Assembly: GCA_963728915.1 (NCBI GenBank)
Contig: CAVSLV010000001.1
Span: 544,001-608,000 of the forward strand
Length of the DNA stretch: 64,000 nucleotides
Source: an uncultured Gemmatimonadales bacterium
GTDB lineage: Bacteria > Gemmatimonadota > Gemmatimonadetes > Gemmatimonadales > GWC2-71-9
Direction: 5' to 3'
Under the pieces are notes generated by a model. It ran no database searches, had not been told where the DNA came from, and saw only the letters and a program-made list of their open reading frames with translations. The position numbers and the translations under genes are program-made. Positions 50,201 to 59,551 of this stretch are shown one piece after another (positions within the stretch are counted from its first letter, which is position 1; every line of letters begins with the position of its first letter).

Positions 50201-51334
50201 ATGAATCCTGACGCGATAGCGAAGAGGTTCCTGACGCCCGCGGCGCTGCTGGCCGTCCTTTCTCTGCTGAGCTGCGCTCAGCCCGAGCCTCCACCCCGCC
50301 GGCCGGTCCCCGTTTCCGTGGACAGCGCGCGCCTTCAGCCGGTTCCCTATTTCATCCCGGCCAACGGGGTCGTCGAGCCGATCAACTCGGTCGCGATCGT
50401 TCCCCAGGTGAGCGGGGTCATCACCCGGGTGCTGTTCTCCGAAGGGGCCGAAGTGGGTCCGGGACAGCCGCTTCTCGAGATTGACCCGCGTCCCTACCAG
50501 GCAGCCCTCGATCAGGCCCTCGGCATCTTCGCCAAGGACTCCACCCTGGCCGCTTCGTCGCGGCGCGATGCCGACCGCTTCGGCGAGCTGGTTCGGAACG
50601 GCAACGTCTCGCCTCAGGAGGCCGATGCGGCAGAGGCCACGGCCGCCTCTCAGGCCGCCGCCGTCCAGGCCGATCGCGCCGCGGTCGAGGCCGCCCGCCT
50701 CAACCTGGACTACACCACCATCCGGGCTCCGATCCAGGGCCGAACCAGCAGCCTGGCGGTCCGGGTCGGAAACGTGGTGCGCCCCGGCACGAGCCCGGGC
50801 CCCGCGCCCCTGCTCACCATCAACCAGATCCATCCGATCCGGGTCCGCTTTGCCATTCCGGAGGACCAGCTGGATGCGGTGCAGGAATACTTCCACAAGG
50901 GCACCTTGCGAGTGGCCGCGCGCCCCGGAGACCAGGCCGACGACGACGTTCCCGAGGAGACCGGAACCGTCTCGCTGCTGGAGAATGCGGTGGACACCAC
51001 CACCGGAACGGTCGGGCTCAAGGCCGAGTTTCCTAACCCGAAGGGACGGCTCTGGCCGGGCGAATTCGTGACGGTTCGGCTGGAGCTCTATGTCGAGCCC
51101 AGGGCCCTCACCGTCGCACAACAGGCGGTCGAGACCGGCCAGAACGGCGCCTACGTGTTCGTGGTGGAGCCGGGAGACACGGTGTCCATGCAGTCGGTCA
51201 CGGCCGGCCGCACGGTGGCCGGGCGCACCGTGATCAGCGAGGGGTTGTCTCCCGGGGCGCGGGTAGTGACGGATGGTCAGCTCCGGCTCGAGCCCGGGAG
51301 CCGGATCGAAATCGTCACCCCGAAGGCCCAGTGA
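50201..51334 (+). CDS. RND efflux periplasmic adaptor (MdtA-like)
   Basis: Lipobox LLSC; EIDPRPYQAAL, YTTIRAPI.G, VDTTTGT, LWPGEFV. Confidence 0.93.
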   Translation: MNPDAIAKRFLTPAALLAVLSLLSCAQPEPPPRRPVPVSVDSARLQPVPYFIPANGVVEPINSVAIVPQVSGVITRVLFSEGAEVGPGQPLLEIDPRPYQAALDQALGIFAKDSTLAASSRRDADRFGELVRNGNVSPQEADAAEATAASQAAAVQADRAAVEAARLNLDYTTIRAPIQGRTSSLAVRVGNVVRPGTSPGPAPLLTINQIHPIRVRFAIPEDQLDAVQEYFHKGTLRVAARPGDQADDDVPEETGTVSLLENAVDTTTGTVGLKAEFPNPKGRLWPGEFVTVRLELYVEPRALTVAQQAVETGQNGAYVFVVEPGDTVSMQSVTAGRTVAGRTVISEGLSPGARVVTDGQLRLEPGSRIEIVTPKAQ

Positions 51335-54300
51335 ACTTCACCGCGCTGTTCATCCGCCGTCCGGTCATGACCACCCTGGTCATGGTGGGCATCCTGTTCT
51401 TCGGGATTATGGCCTATCGCCGTCTTCCGGTCAGCGATCTGCCGGTGGTGGATTATCCCACCATCAGCGTGTCGGCCGGTCTTCCCGGGGCGAGTCCGGA
51501 AACCATGGCCGCCGCGGTCGCCACGCCATTGGAGAAGCAGTTCTCCACGATCCCGGGCGTGGACAACATGACGTCGAACAGCTCGCTCGGCTCGACCTCG
51601 ATCACCATCCAGTTCACCCTGAATCGCAACATCGACGCCGCGGCGCAGGACGTCCAGTCCGCCATTGCCCAGACCCTCCGCGACCTCCCGCCCGGGATCG
51701 TTCCCCCTTCGGTGCGGAAGACCAACCCCTCGGACTCGCCCATTCTCTACATCTCGCTGACCTCCGCGACCCTTCCGCTTTCCCAGCTCGACGAGTACGG
51801 CGAGACCATGCTGGCGCAGCGGATCTCCCAGGTGAGCGGGGTCGCCCAGGTCTCGGTCTACGGCAGCCAGAAATACGCGGTCCGGATCCGGCTCGATCCC
51901 CGCGCGCTGGCCAGCCGTGGACTGGGCGTCGATGAGGTGGCCCAGGCGATCGGGAGCGGAAACGTCAACCTCCCCGCCGGCGTCCTGTGGGGTCCCAATC
52001 GGGCCTACACCGTGCAGGCCCAGGGCCAGCTGGTCACCGCGGCCCAGTTCGGCCAGCTGGTCGTGACCTATCGCAACGGCGCCCCGGTACGACTGGCCGA
52101 TCTCGGGCAGATCGATGACGACGTGCAGAACAACCGCGCGGCCTCCTGGTACGGCGGCGAGCGGTCCATCACCCTCGCGATTCAGCGCCAGCCCGGCACC
52201 AACACCGTGGAGGTCGCCAAGGCGGTCAAGGATCTTCTGCCGGTGCTGCAGGCCAAGATTCCGCCTTCGGTCCATCTCCACGTGTATTTCGATCGCTCGG
52301 TCTCGATCGAGGCCTCGGTCCACGATGTGAAGGGCACTCTGCTCCTCACGCTGGTGCTCGTGGTGATGGTGATCTTTCTGTTCCTGCGCAACCTCTCGGC
52401 CACCGTCATCCCGAGCCTCGCGCTGCCGATGTCCCTGATCGGCACGTTTGCCGTGATGTGGGCGCTCAATTACAGCCTCGATAACCTCTCCCTGCTGGCT
52501 CTCATTCTGGCCATGGGTTTCGTGGTGGACGATGCCATTGTGATGCTGGAGAACATCGTCCGGCACATGGAGATGGGGAAACCACCCCTCCGCGCCGCCT
52601 TCGATGGGGCGGCCGAGGTCGGATTCACCATTCTGTCGATGACCATCTCCCTGACGGCGGTGTTCATCCCGCTCCTGTTCATGTCGGGCATCATCGGCCG
52701 GCTGTTCCACGAGTTTGCCGTCACCATCGGGGTCGCCATTCTCGTGTCCGGCTTCGTTTCCCTGACCCTCACCCCCATGCTCTCCAGCCGGTTTCTTCGG
52801 CCCGGCTTGCACGGGGCGCAGGGTCACGGGCGTCTGTTCGGGGCATTCGAGCGGGGATACGGAGTCGTGCTCCGCGCCTACGAGCGAAGCCTGGCCTGGG
52901 TCATGGATCATCGCCGCCTGGCGATGGGAGTGTCCCTTGCCACGCTGATTGCGACGGTGGTGCTGTTCCGGTTGGTGCCCAAGGGTTTCATTCCCAGCGA
53001 AGATACCGGCCGGCTCACCGCCACCACCGAAACGGCCCAGGGCACTTCGTACGACGCGATGGTGGCCCATCAGGAGCGGGTTGCGGCCATCGTCCGCAAG
53101 GACACCAACGTGGCGGTCTTCTCTTCGAACGTAGGCTCCGGCGGCCCGGTTTCCACCGGGAACCAGGGGCGCCTGGTCTTCACCCTGAAGCCACGCGGAG
53201 AACGGCCCCCGGTGGATCAGATCATGCGCGAGCTCACCGCTCGGCTCAACCGGGTGCCCGGCATCAACGTCTATCTCCAGAATCCTCCGCCCATCAACGT
53301 GGGGGGGCGATTCTCCAAGAGCCAGTACCAGTATTCCATCCAGGGCGCCGATCTCACCGAGCTGTATGACGCGGGCAATCGCATGCTGGCCCGCATGCAG
53401 CGGATGCCCGAGCTCACCGATGTCACCAGCGATCTCCAGATCACCAATCCCCAGGTGGCCGTCACCATCGATCGCGACCGGGCGTCCGCGCTGGGAGTCT
53501 CCGCGAGCCAGATCCAGACCGCCCTGTACGACGCCTACGGCTCCCGGCAGATCTCCACCATCTACACTCCGACCAACGAGTATTGGGTCATTCTCGAGGT
53601 GCTCCCGCAGTTCCAGAACGATCCCAGCGCACTCAATTTGCTCTACGTTCGTTCCGCCTCCGGGGCCATGGTACCACTCGCGGCGGTGACCCGGTTCACC
53701 CGGACGGCCGGTCCGCTCACGGTCTCGCACACCGGGCAGCTGCCCTCGGTTACCCTCTCCTTCAATCTCCGCGAGGGCGTTTCGCTGGGTACCGCCGAAT
53801 CGGCCATCGAGAACGCGGCGCGTACCACGCTCCCGTCCACGCTCACCGCGGGGTTCTACGGCGCGGCCCAGGTCTTCCGGGACAGCCAGCGCGGTCTCCT
53901 GGCGCTCCTGGTCATCGCCATCTTCGTCATTTACCTGGTGCTGGGGATCCTCTACGAGAGCTTCATCCACCCGCTCACCATTCTGTCCGGGATTCCCTTC
54001 GCGGCGTTCGGGGCCCTGCTCACCCTGCTGATCACCAACACCGAGCTCAGTATCTACGCTTTCGTGGGGCTCATCATGCTGGTCGGGCTGGTCAAGAAGA
54101 ACGCGATCATGATGATCGACTTCGCCGTCGCGGCCGAACGGGAGCAGGGCAAGTCCGCCCGCGATGCCATTCTCCAGGCGTGCAGCATCCGCTTCCGGCC
54201 CATCATGATGACCACCATGGCGGCCCTCGCGGGGACGCTCCCGGTCGCGCTGGGCAGCGGGACTGGCGCCGAGTCCCGCCGGCCGCTGGGGATCGCGGTG

Positions 54301-54462
54301 GTGGGCGGCCTGGCATTCTCGCAGCTCATCACCCTCTATGTCACGCCCGTGGTCTACACCTACCTGGATCAGCTGCCCCGGCGCTTCCGCCGCCGCCGGA
54401 GAGCGGAGTCGGAGGCTGCGGTGCTGGAACCCGCCGGGCTGGAAGTCGCTTCGGTCAAATAA
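51331..54462 (+). CDS. RND efflux permease (MdtB/MdtC-like, HAE1)
   Basis: FIRRPV.TTL, VATPLE, GFVVDDAIVMLEN, GLVKKNAIMMIDF, RFRPIMMTT. Confidence 0.95.
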   Translation: MNFTALFIRRPVMTTLVMVGILFFGIMAYRRLPVSDLPVVDYPTISVSAGLPGASPETMAAAVATPLEKQFSTIPGVDNMTSNSSLGSTSITIQFTLNRNIDAAAQDVQSAIAQTLRDLPPGIVPPSVRKTNPSDSPILYISLTSATLPLSQLDEYGETMLAQRISQVSGVAQVSVYGSQKYAVRIRLDPRALASRGLGVDEVAQAIGSGNVNLPAGVLWGPNRAYTVQAQGQLVTAAQFGQLVVTYRNGAPVRLADLGQIDDDVQNNRAASWYGGERSITLAIQRQPGTNTVEVAKAVKDLLPVLQAKIPPSVHLHVYFDRSVSIEASVHDVKGTLLLTLVLVVMVIFLFLRNLSATVIPSLALPMSLIGTFAVMWALNYSLDNLSLLALILAMGFVVDDAIVMLENIVRHMEMGKPPLRAAFDGAAEVGFTILSMTISLTAVFIPLLFMSGIIGRLFHEFAVTIGVAILVSGFVSLTLTPMLSSRFLRPGLHGAQGHGRLFGAFERGYGVVLRAYERSLAWVMDHRRLAMGVSLATLIATVVLFRLVPKGFIPSEDTGRLTATTETAQGTSYDAMVAHQERVAAIVRKDTNVAVFSSNVGSGGPVSTGNQGRLVFTLKPRGERPPVDQIMRELTARLNRVPGINVYLQNPPPINVGGRFSKSQYQYSIQGADLTELYDAGNRMLARMQRMPELTDVTSDLQITNPQVAVTIDRDRASALGVSASQIQTALYDAYGSRQISTIYTPTNEYWVILEVLPQFQNDPSALNLLYVRSASGAMVPLAAVTRFTRTAGPLTVSHTGQLPSVTLSFNLREGVSLGTAESAIENAARTTLPSTLTAGFYGAAQVFRDSQRGLLALLVIAIFVIYLVLGILYESFIHPLTILSGIPFAAFGALLTLLITNTELSIYAFVGLIMLVGLVKKNAIMMIDFAVAAEREQGKSARDAILQACSIRFRPIMMTTMAALAGTLPVALGSGTGAESRRPLGIAVVGGLAFSQLITLYVTPVVYTYLDQLPRRFRRRRRAESEAAVLEPAGLEVASVK

Positions 54463-54520
54463 CCCTCCGTTCCCGGCGGTCCAGGTGGCGAGAACGGGTC
54501 CGGCGCTGCATTTTGCGTTC

Positions 54521-55939
54521 ATGACCAAACGACTCGCCCTTCTCGCTTTCGCTTCGCTCGCCCTCGTGGTCACCCCCCTCGGTGCCCAACAGGCCCTGAC
54601 CCCGTACCAGCAGCTGGGCCGGGATATTCTCCGGCAGCTGGTGGAGACCAACACCGAGTATTCCATCGGGAGCACGACCGAGGCCGCGGAGGCCATGGCA
54701 GTGCGGTTTCGGGAGGCGGGGTTTCCCGCCGCCGACATCCAGGTGATTGGGCCAGACACGGGACGTGCGGCCAGGAACAAGAACCTCGTCCTTCGCTACC
54801 GCGGCGCCGGCAAACGGAAGCCAATCCTGCTGATCGGCCACCTCGACGTCGTGGAGGCGCGTCCCTCCGACTGGGTCCGCGACCCCTTCAAGCTCATCGA
54901 AGCCGATGGGCACTTCTATGGGCGCGGGACCCTCGACATGAAGGACGGCGACGCGTCCTGGGTGGCTGCGTTGCTGCGCATGAAACAGGAGGGAGTCGTC
55001 CCGGCCGGCGACTACATCCTCGCGCTCACCGCGGGCGAGGAAGGCGGGGGCGGGTACAACGGCATTCAGTGGCTCCTGGCCAATCACCGTGACCTGATCG
55101 ACGCGCGGTACGTGCTGAACGCGGACGCCGGGGGCGGCGAGTTGCGGAACGGCAAGCCGACCGCCTTCGATGTCCAGGCCGCCGAGAAGGTCTTCTACAG
55201 CGTCAACCTCACCACGCGGAACCCGGGTGGGCACAGCTCGCTTCCCCGGAAGGACAACGCCATCTACGAATTGGCGGCCGCGCTCGGCCGGCTCGCGGCA
55301 TATGACTTCCCGGTGGCGACCAACCCGGTGACCCGGGCTTACTTCGCCCGCACCGCGGCGCTGGTCGAGCCGGACGTGGGCGCCGACATGCGCGCGGTGA
55401 GTGCCGGAGCGACTCCGGATGCCGCGGCGGCCGCACGCCTGGCCGCCCGATCGCCCTTCTACAACTCTGAGCTCCGAACCACCTGCGTCGCCACCCTGCT
55501 TCAGGCTGGTCACGCCGAGAACGCACTGCCGCAGATGGCGCAGGCGACCGTGAACTGTCGCATGTTGCCCGGGACCGAGTCTGGCGACGTGCTCCGAACG
55601 ATTGAGCAGGTCGTCGCAGATTCCGGCGTCGTGGTGACGCCGAAAACCCCCGCGGTACCCAGCCCGCCCTCGCCGCTCCCGGCGGAGGTGGAAGGGAAGC
55701 TCGACGCCGTGGTGCGCTCGATGTGGGGACCATTGCCGATCGTCCCCAATATGGAGACGGGTGCTACCGACGGTCTCTTCCTCCGCAATGCCGGTCTCCC
55801 GGTCTATGGGGTGAGCGGGCTCTTCGTGGACCCGACCATCAACGACGACAACCGCGCCCACGGATTGAACGAGCGCATCGGCGTGAAGCAGTACTACGAC
55901 CAGCTGGAGTTCACCTATCGGCTGCTGAAGTCCCTGTGA
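54521..55939 (+). CDS. Exported M20/M25/M40 metallohydrolase
   Basis: GHLDVV, YGRGTLDMK, GEE, GGHSSLP, GATD, AHGLNER; signal peptide from ATG 54521. Confidence 0.93.
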   Translation: MTKRLALLAFASLALVVTPLGAQQALTPYQQLGRDILRQLVETNTEYSIGSTTEAAEAMAVRFREAGFPAADIQVIGPDTGRAARNKNLVLRYRGAGKRKPILLIGHLDVVEARPSDWVRDPFKLIEADGHFYGRGTLDMKDGDASWVAALLRMKQEGVVPAGDYILALTAGEEGGGGYNGIQWLLANHRDLIDARYVLNADAGGGELRNGKPTAFDVQAAEKVFYSVNLTTRNPGGHSSLPRKDNAIYELAAALGRLAAYDFPVATNPVTRAYFARTAALVEPDVGADMRAVSAGATPDAAAAARLAARSPFYNSELRTTCVATLLQAGHAENALPQMAQATVNCRMLPGTESGDVLRTIEQVVADSGVVVTPKTPAVPSPPSPLPAEVEGKLDAVVRSMWGPLPIVPNMETGATDGLFLRNAGLPVYGVSGLFVDPTINDDNRAHGLNERIGVKQYYDQLEFTYRLLKSL

Positions 55940-55943
55940 TTCC

Positions 55944-55979
55944 GGTTGGGGGAAGCCGGATGCCGGCCAACCCCCAACC
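55944..55979 (+). terminator. GC-rich intergenic hairpin (terminator or processing stem)
   Basis: GGTTGGGGG...CCCCCAACC outer stem with an inner GCCGG/CCGGC stem; weak T tail. Confidence 0.45.
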
Positions 55980-56000
55980 CGGTTTCGGTGTCTAACGACC

Positions 56001-58488
56001 ATGACCTGGCTCGATACGATCCATCGGGACGCCCGCTACGCCCTGCGGGGCCTTCGTCGTTCGCCCGCCTTCACCGTCACCGTCATTCTCACCCTCGGGC
56101 TCGGCATCGGGGCCAATGCCGCGATGTTCGGGATCCTCGACCGGCTGATGCTGCGGCCGTTCCCCTACCTGCGGGATCCATCGGCGGTGAACCGGGTGTA
56201 CCTCACCGCCCTTGATCGGGACCGTCAATACACCGGGGGTGTGAACGAGTACACCCGCTTTCTGGATTTGCGGCGATTCACCCACAGCTTTTCCCGGACA
56301 GCGGGATTCACCAGCTTCAACGTCGCGGTCGGGAACCGGAGAAGAATCGAAGGAACGACGGGTCGGCTTCGTGAGCGCCACGTTCTTCGATTTCTTCGAT
56401 GCGCCGCCCGCGTTGGGCCGCTATTTCGTCCAGGAAGAGGACGCGACACCCCGGGGCGCCGAGGTCGCGGTGATCAGCTGGGAGTTCTGGCAATCGGAAT
56501 TCGGGGGCCGGAACGTCATCGGCGAGAAGCTCCAGGTCCACAACATCCTGTGCCAGATCATCGGAGTGGCCCCCAGGGGTTTCGTCGGCATCTGGGACGC
56601 CGGCCCGCCGGCCGTCTATGTCCCCATCACGACCTACGCCGGCTCGGTTTCCGACGAGGAGGACCGGGCCACCTATTACACCCGGTACTACTGGGGCTGG
56701 ATGGACATGATGGTGCGTCGGAAGCCTGGCGTATCCGTCGAGGCGGCTTCTCAGGACCTGGCCCAGGCGCACGTCAAGAGCTGGGATGCGATGATCGACG
56801 TCCAGCCCCACAACACGCCGACGGCGATTGCCCGACCATCGGGAATCGCGGGTCCTCTCAAGACCGCAGCCGGGCCTGATCCGTCCGTCGAAGCGAAGAC
56901 AGTGAAATGGGTTTCGGGCATCGCCCTCATTGTCTTACTCATCGCGTGTTCAAATGTTGCAAACCTGTTTCTCGCCCGGGCCCTGCGCCGAAGGAGAGAG
57001 ACCGCGGTTCGCATCGCTATCGGCGTGGGCCGCCGGCGACTCATGGGACAATGGTTTACCGAAAGCCTGCTGCTCGCCCTCATCGGATGCGCCGTCGGGG
57101 TTCTCATTGCCCAATGGGGAGGGGCGGCCCTCCGTGGCCTCTTCGTCGGCGCGAACGGCGTTCCCATTCCGGTCGCCGGCGACTGGCGGACCCTCGGGCT
57201 CTCGGCGACTCTCGCCATCGTGGCGGCCCTGCTCACCGGATTGGCGCCCGCCCTCGTGGCCGGACGGTTCGGGGTCGCCGAGGCGCTCAAATCGGGCAGC
57301 CGGGAGGGCACCCATCATCGCTCGGTGCTCCGCACCGGACTGCTGGTTCTCCAGATCACGATGTCGGTGGTGCTCCTGGTCGGGGCGGGGCTCTTCGTCC
57401 GAAGCTTCGCCCACGTGCGCTCGCTCCGGCTGGGCTATGACATCGAGCCGGTGGTGCTGGTCAACCGGAACCTGAGAGGTGCGTCGGTGCCCGACAGCCA
57501 GCAGATTGCCCTGGCGCATCGAATGCTCGAGCGGATTCAGGCCATCCGGGGGGTGAGCAAAGCGGCGCTGGTGAGCAGCATCCCGTTCTGGAGCACTTCG
57601 AGCACTACCCTCATCGTTCCCGGCATCGATTCGACCCAGCGCCTCGGCCATTTCACCTATCAGTGCGCGACGGCCGACTATTTCACCGCGATGGATACCC
57701 GGATCGTCGCTGGGCGGCCGTTCACCGAGGCGGACCGGGCGGGGGCTCCGAGAGTCGCGGTCGTGAGCGCCGCCATGGCGCACGTGCTCTGGCCCGGCGA
57801 GAGCTCGATCGGGAAGCAGATCCAGGTCGGGAGCGACACGGCCGCCTACACCACCGTGATCGGGGTCGCCGAGGACGCGGCGCAGAACGCGCTCCAGGGA
57901 GACGACCGATTCCGGTACTACCTGCCGTCTGAGCAGTTTCGTCCCGAGCGCGCGGTCCGGGTTATCGCGCGGGTCTCGGGCGACCCCCTCGTGATGGGTG
58001 AGACCATCCGCAAGGCGCTCCAGCCCTTCATGCCGGGCGAGGCGTATGTCACGACCGTGCCGATGCGGGACATCATTTCGGGCCAGCAACGGGCCTGGCG
58101 ATTCGGGGCGACCATGTTCGTGGCGTTCGGCGGGCTCGCCCTGGTCATGGCAGCGATCGGGTTGTACGGGGTCATCGGTTACACCGTCACCCAGCGGATG
58201 CACGAGCTCGGGGTACGCGTCGCGCTCGGGGCCCAGCGCCGTGACCTCATCCGGCTGGTTCTGGTGCAGGCCCTCCGGGTCGCCGTGGTCGGGGTGGTGA
58301 TCGGGGCGGCGATCGCCTGGATACTGGGCCGCCAGATTCAACCGCTCCTCTTCCAGCAATCGGCGCGGGACCCCGCCGTGTTCGGCCTGGTGGTGCTGGT
58401 GCTCGTTGTCTCGGCGGTCAGCGCGGGGCTCGCCCCGGCCCGGCGGGCGGCCCGGGCGGACCCTAACACGGCGCTTCGGTCCGACTAG
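56001..58488 (+). CDS. ADOP-type duplicated MacB/FtsX permease, one frameshift at about 56334
   Basis: DARYALRGLRRSPAF, LGIGAN. Removing one base at 56331-56335 joins this to LIACSNVANL...IGLYGVI...ELGVRVALGA...RAARADP. Confidence 0.88.
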
Positions 58489-58513
58489 CGGGAAGGCGGC
58501 CCCCGCTCTGGTG

Positions 58514-59551
58514 CTACTTGTCGATCACCAGCACGTGGAATGATCCGGGCACCATCGTGGCACGGGGACGCTGGCCCGCCGGGGGATTCTCGGGCGGCGG
58601 GTTGAACTGCGCCGTGACCGTATAGAGCCGGTGGGTTTTCTCGTCGAGGGCCATGGTCCGGGCTCTCGGCTCGGTGGTGATCTCACCGACCACCGTGAAC
58701 TTGTCCGGGCCGTCCTCGTGAATCACCGAAATCTTCCCATCCCCGCACGACGCGAACACCAGCTGCTGGGCCGGATCGAAGGCGGCGGCATCGGTTCCTG
58801 AGCAGATCGGGACGGTACCCACCAGCTTGCCGGCCTGGGTGTTCAGGATCGCGACCGTGTGACTCTCCCCGCACGCGGAAAACACCCGATGGTGTTGCCG
58901 GTCCATGGCGATGCCGGTCGGCCCGGTGCACCCCTCGAGGTTCCACTTCTGCTTGACCGCCATGGTGCGGGCATCCACCGCGACCACCTGGCTGCTGTCC
59001 TCGACATTCACATAGAGTGTTCCGGCCAGATCGGACACCCCGGCTTCCAGGGTGCCGCCGATCATCGCGGTGCCGACCACCTTACCCGAAGCCGCGTCGA
59101 TCGCGGTGACGCTGCCGCCAGAGTGGTTCATGGTGAACACCCGGTGGGTGAACGGATCGTAGGTGATGGCGTCGGGATTCAATCCGGTGACCTTGACGGT
59201 CTGTTGTACCGCCAGCGACTCGAGATCGAAGATGGTGACCGACGTGTCCCGGCCGTTGCTGGTGAATCCCTTGCCGAGATCGTCGGCAATCGCCACTCCG
59301 TGAACGCCAAGCGTGTTCGGGACATCCCCCATGACCTGTCCGGTGGCGAGATCCACCACCATCACGTGGGTGCTGCGCGGCACGATGAGCCGGTTATGAC
59401 GGGTATCGACGGTGACATAGTCCCAGAAACCATCGCCGCCGACGGCGAGCGTCTTGACCACTTTGTAGGGAGTGCCCTGGGCGCACAACGGCCGGGCTGC
59501 CCCGATGCCGGCCAGACAGAGGGCGAGCGTGGAGAGTGAGCGACGGATCAT
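58514..59551 (-). CDS. YncE family (YVTN-like) exported beta-propeller
   Basis: GGDGFWDY, GVHGVA, GFTSNG, NPDAI.YDP, ARTMALD. Confidence 0.9.
   Translation of the reverse strand: MIRRSLSTLALCLAGIGAARPLCAQGTPYKVVKTLAVGGDGFWDYVTVDTRHNRLIVPRSTHVMVVDLATGQVMGDVPNTLGVHGVAIADDLGKGFTSNGRDTSVTIFDLESLAVQQTVKVTGLNPDAITYDPFTHRVFTMNHSGGSVTAIDAASGKVVGTAMIGGTLEAGVSDLAGTLYVNVEDSSQVVAVDARTMAVKQKWNLEGCTGPTGIAMDRQHHRVFSACGESHTVAILNTQAGKLVGTVPICSGTDAAAFDPAQQLVFASCGDGKISVIHEDGPDKFTVVGEITTEPRARTMALDEKTHRLYTVTAQFNPPPENPPAGQRPRATMVPGSFHVLVIDK

Noticed and set aside
51277..54780. 1167 aa antisense ORF, and similar ones at 6271..8310, 9661..11313, 19374..21242, 25954..27915, 43982..45700 and 45773..47833
   Set aside because: Expected stop-poor antisense frames of high-GC genes; no motifs, and they lie opposite well-supported CDS.
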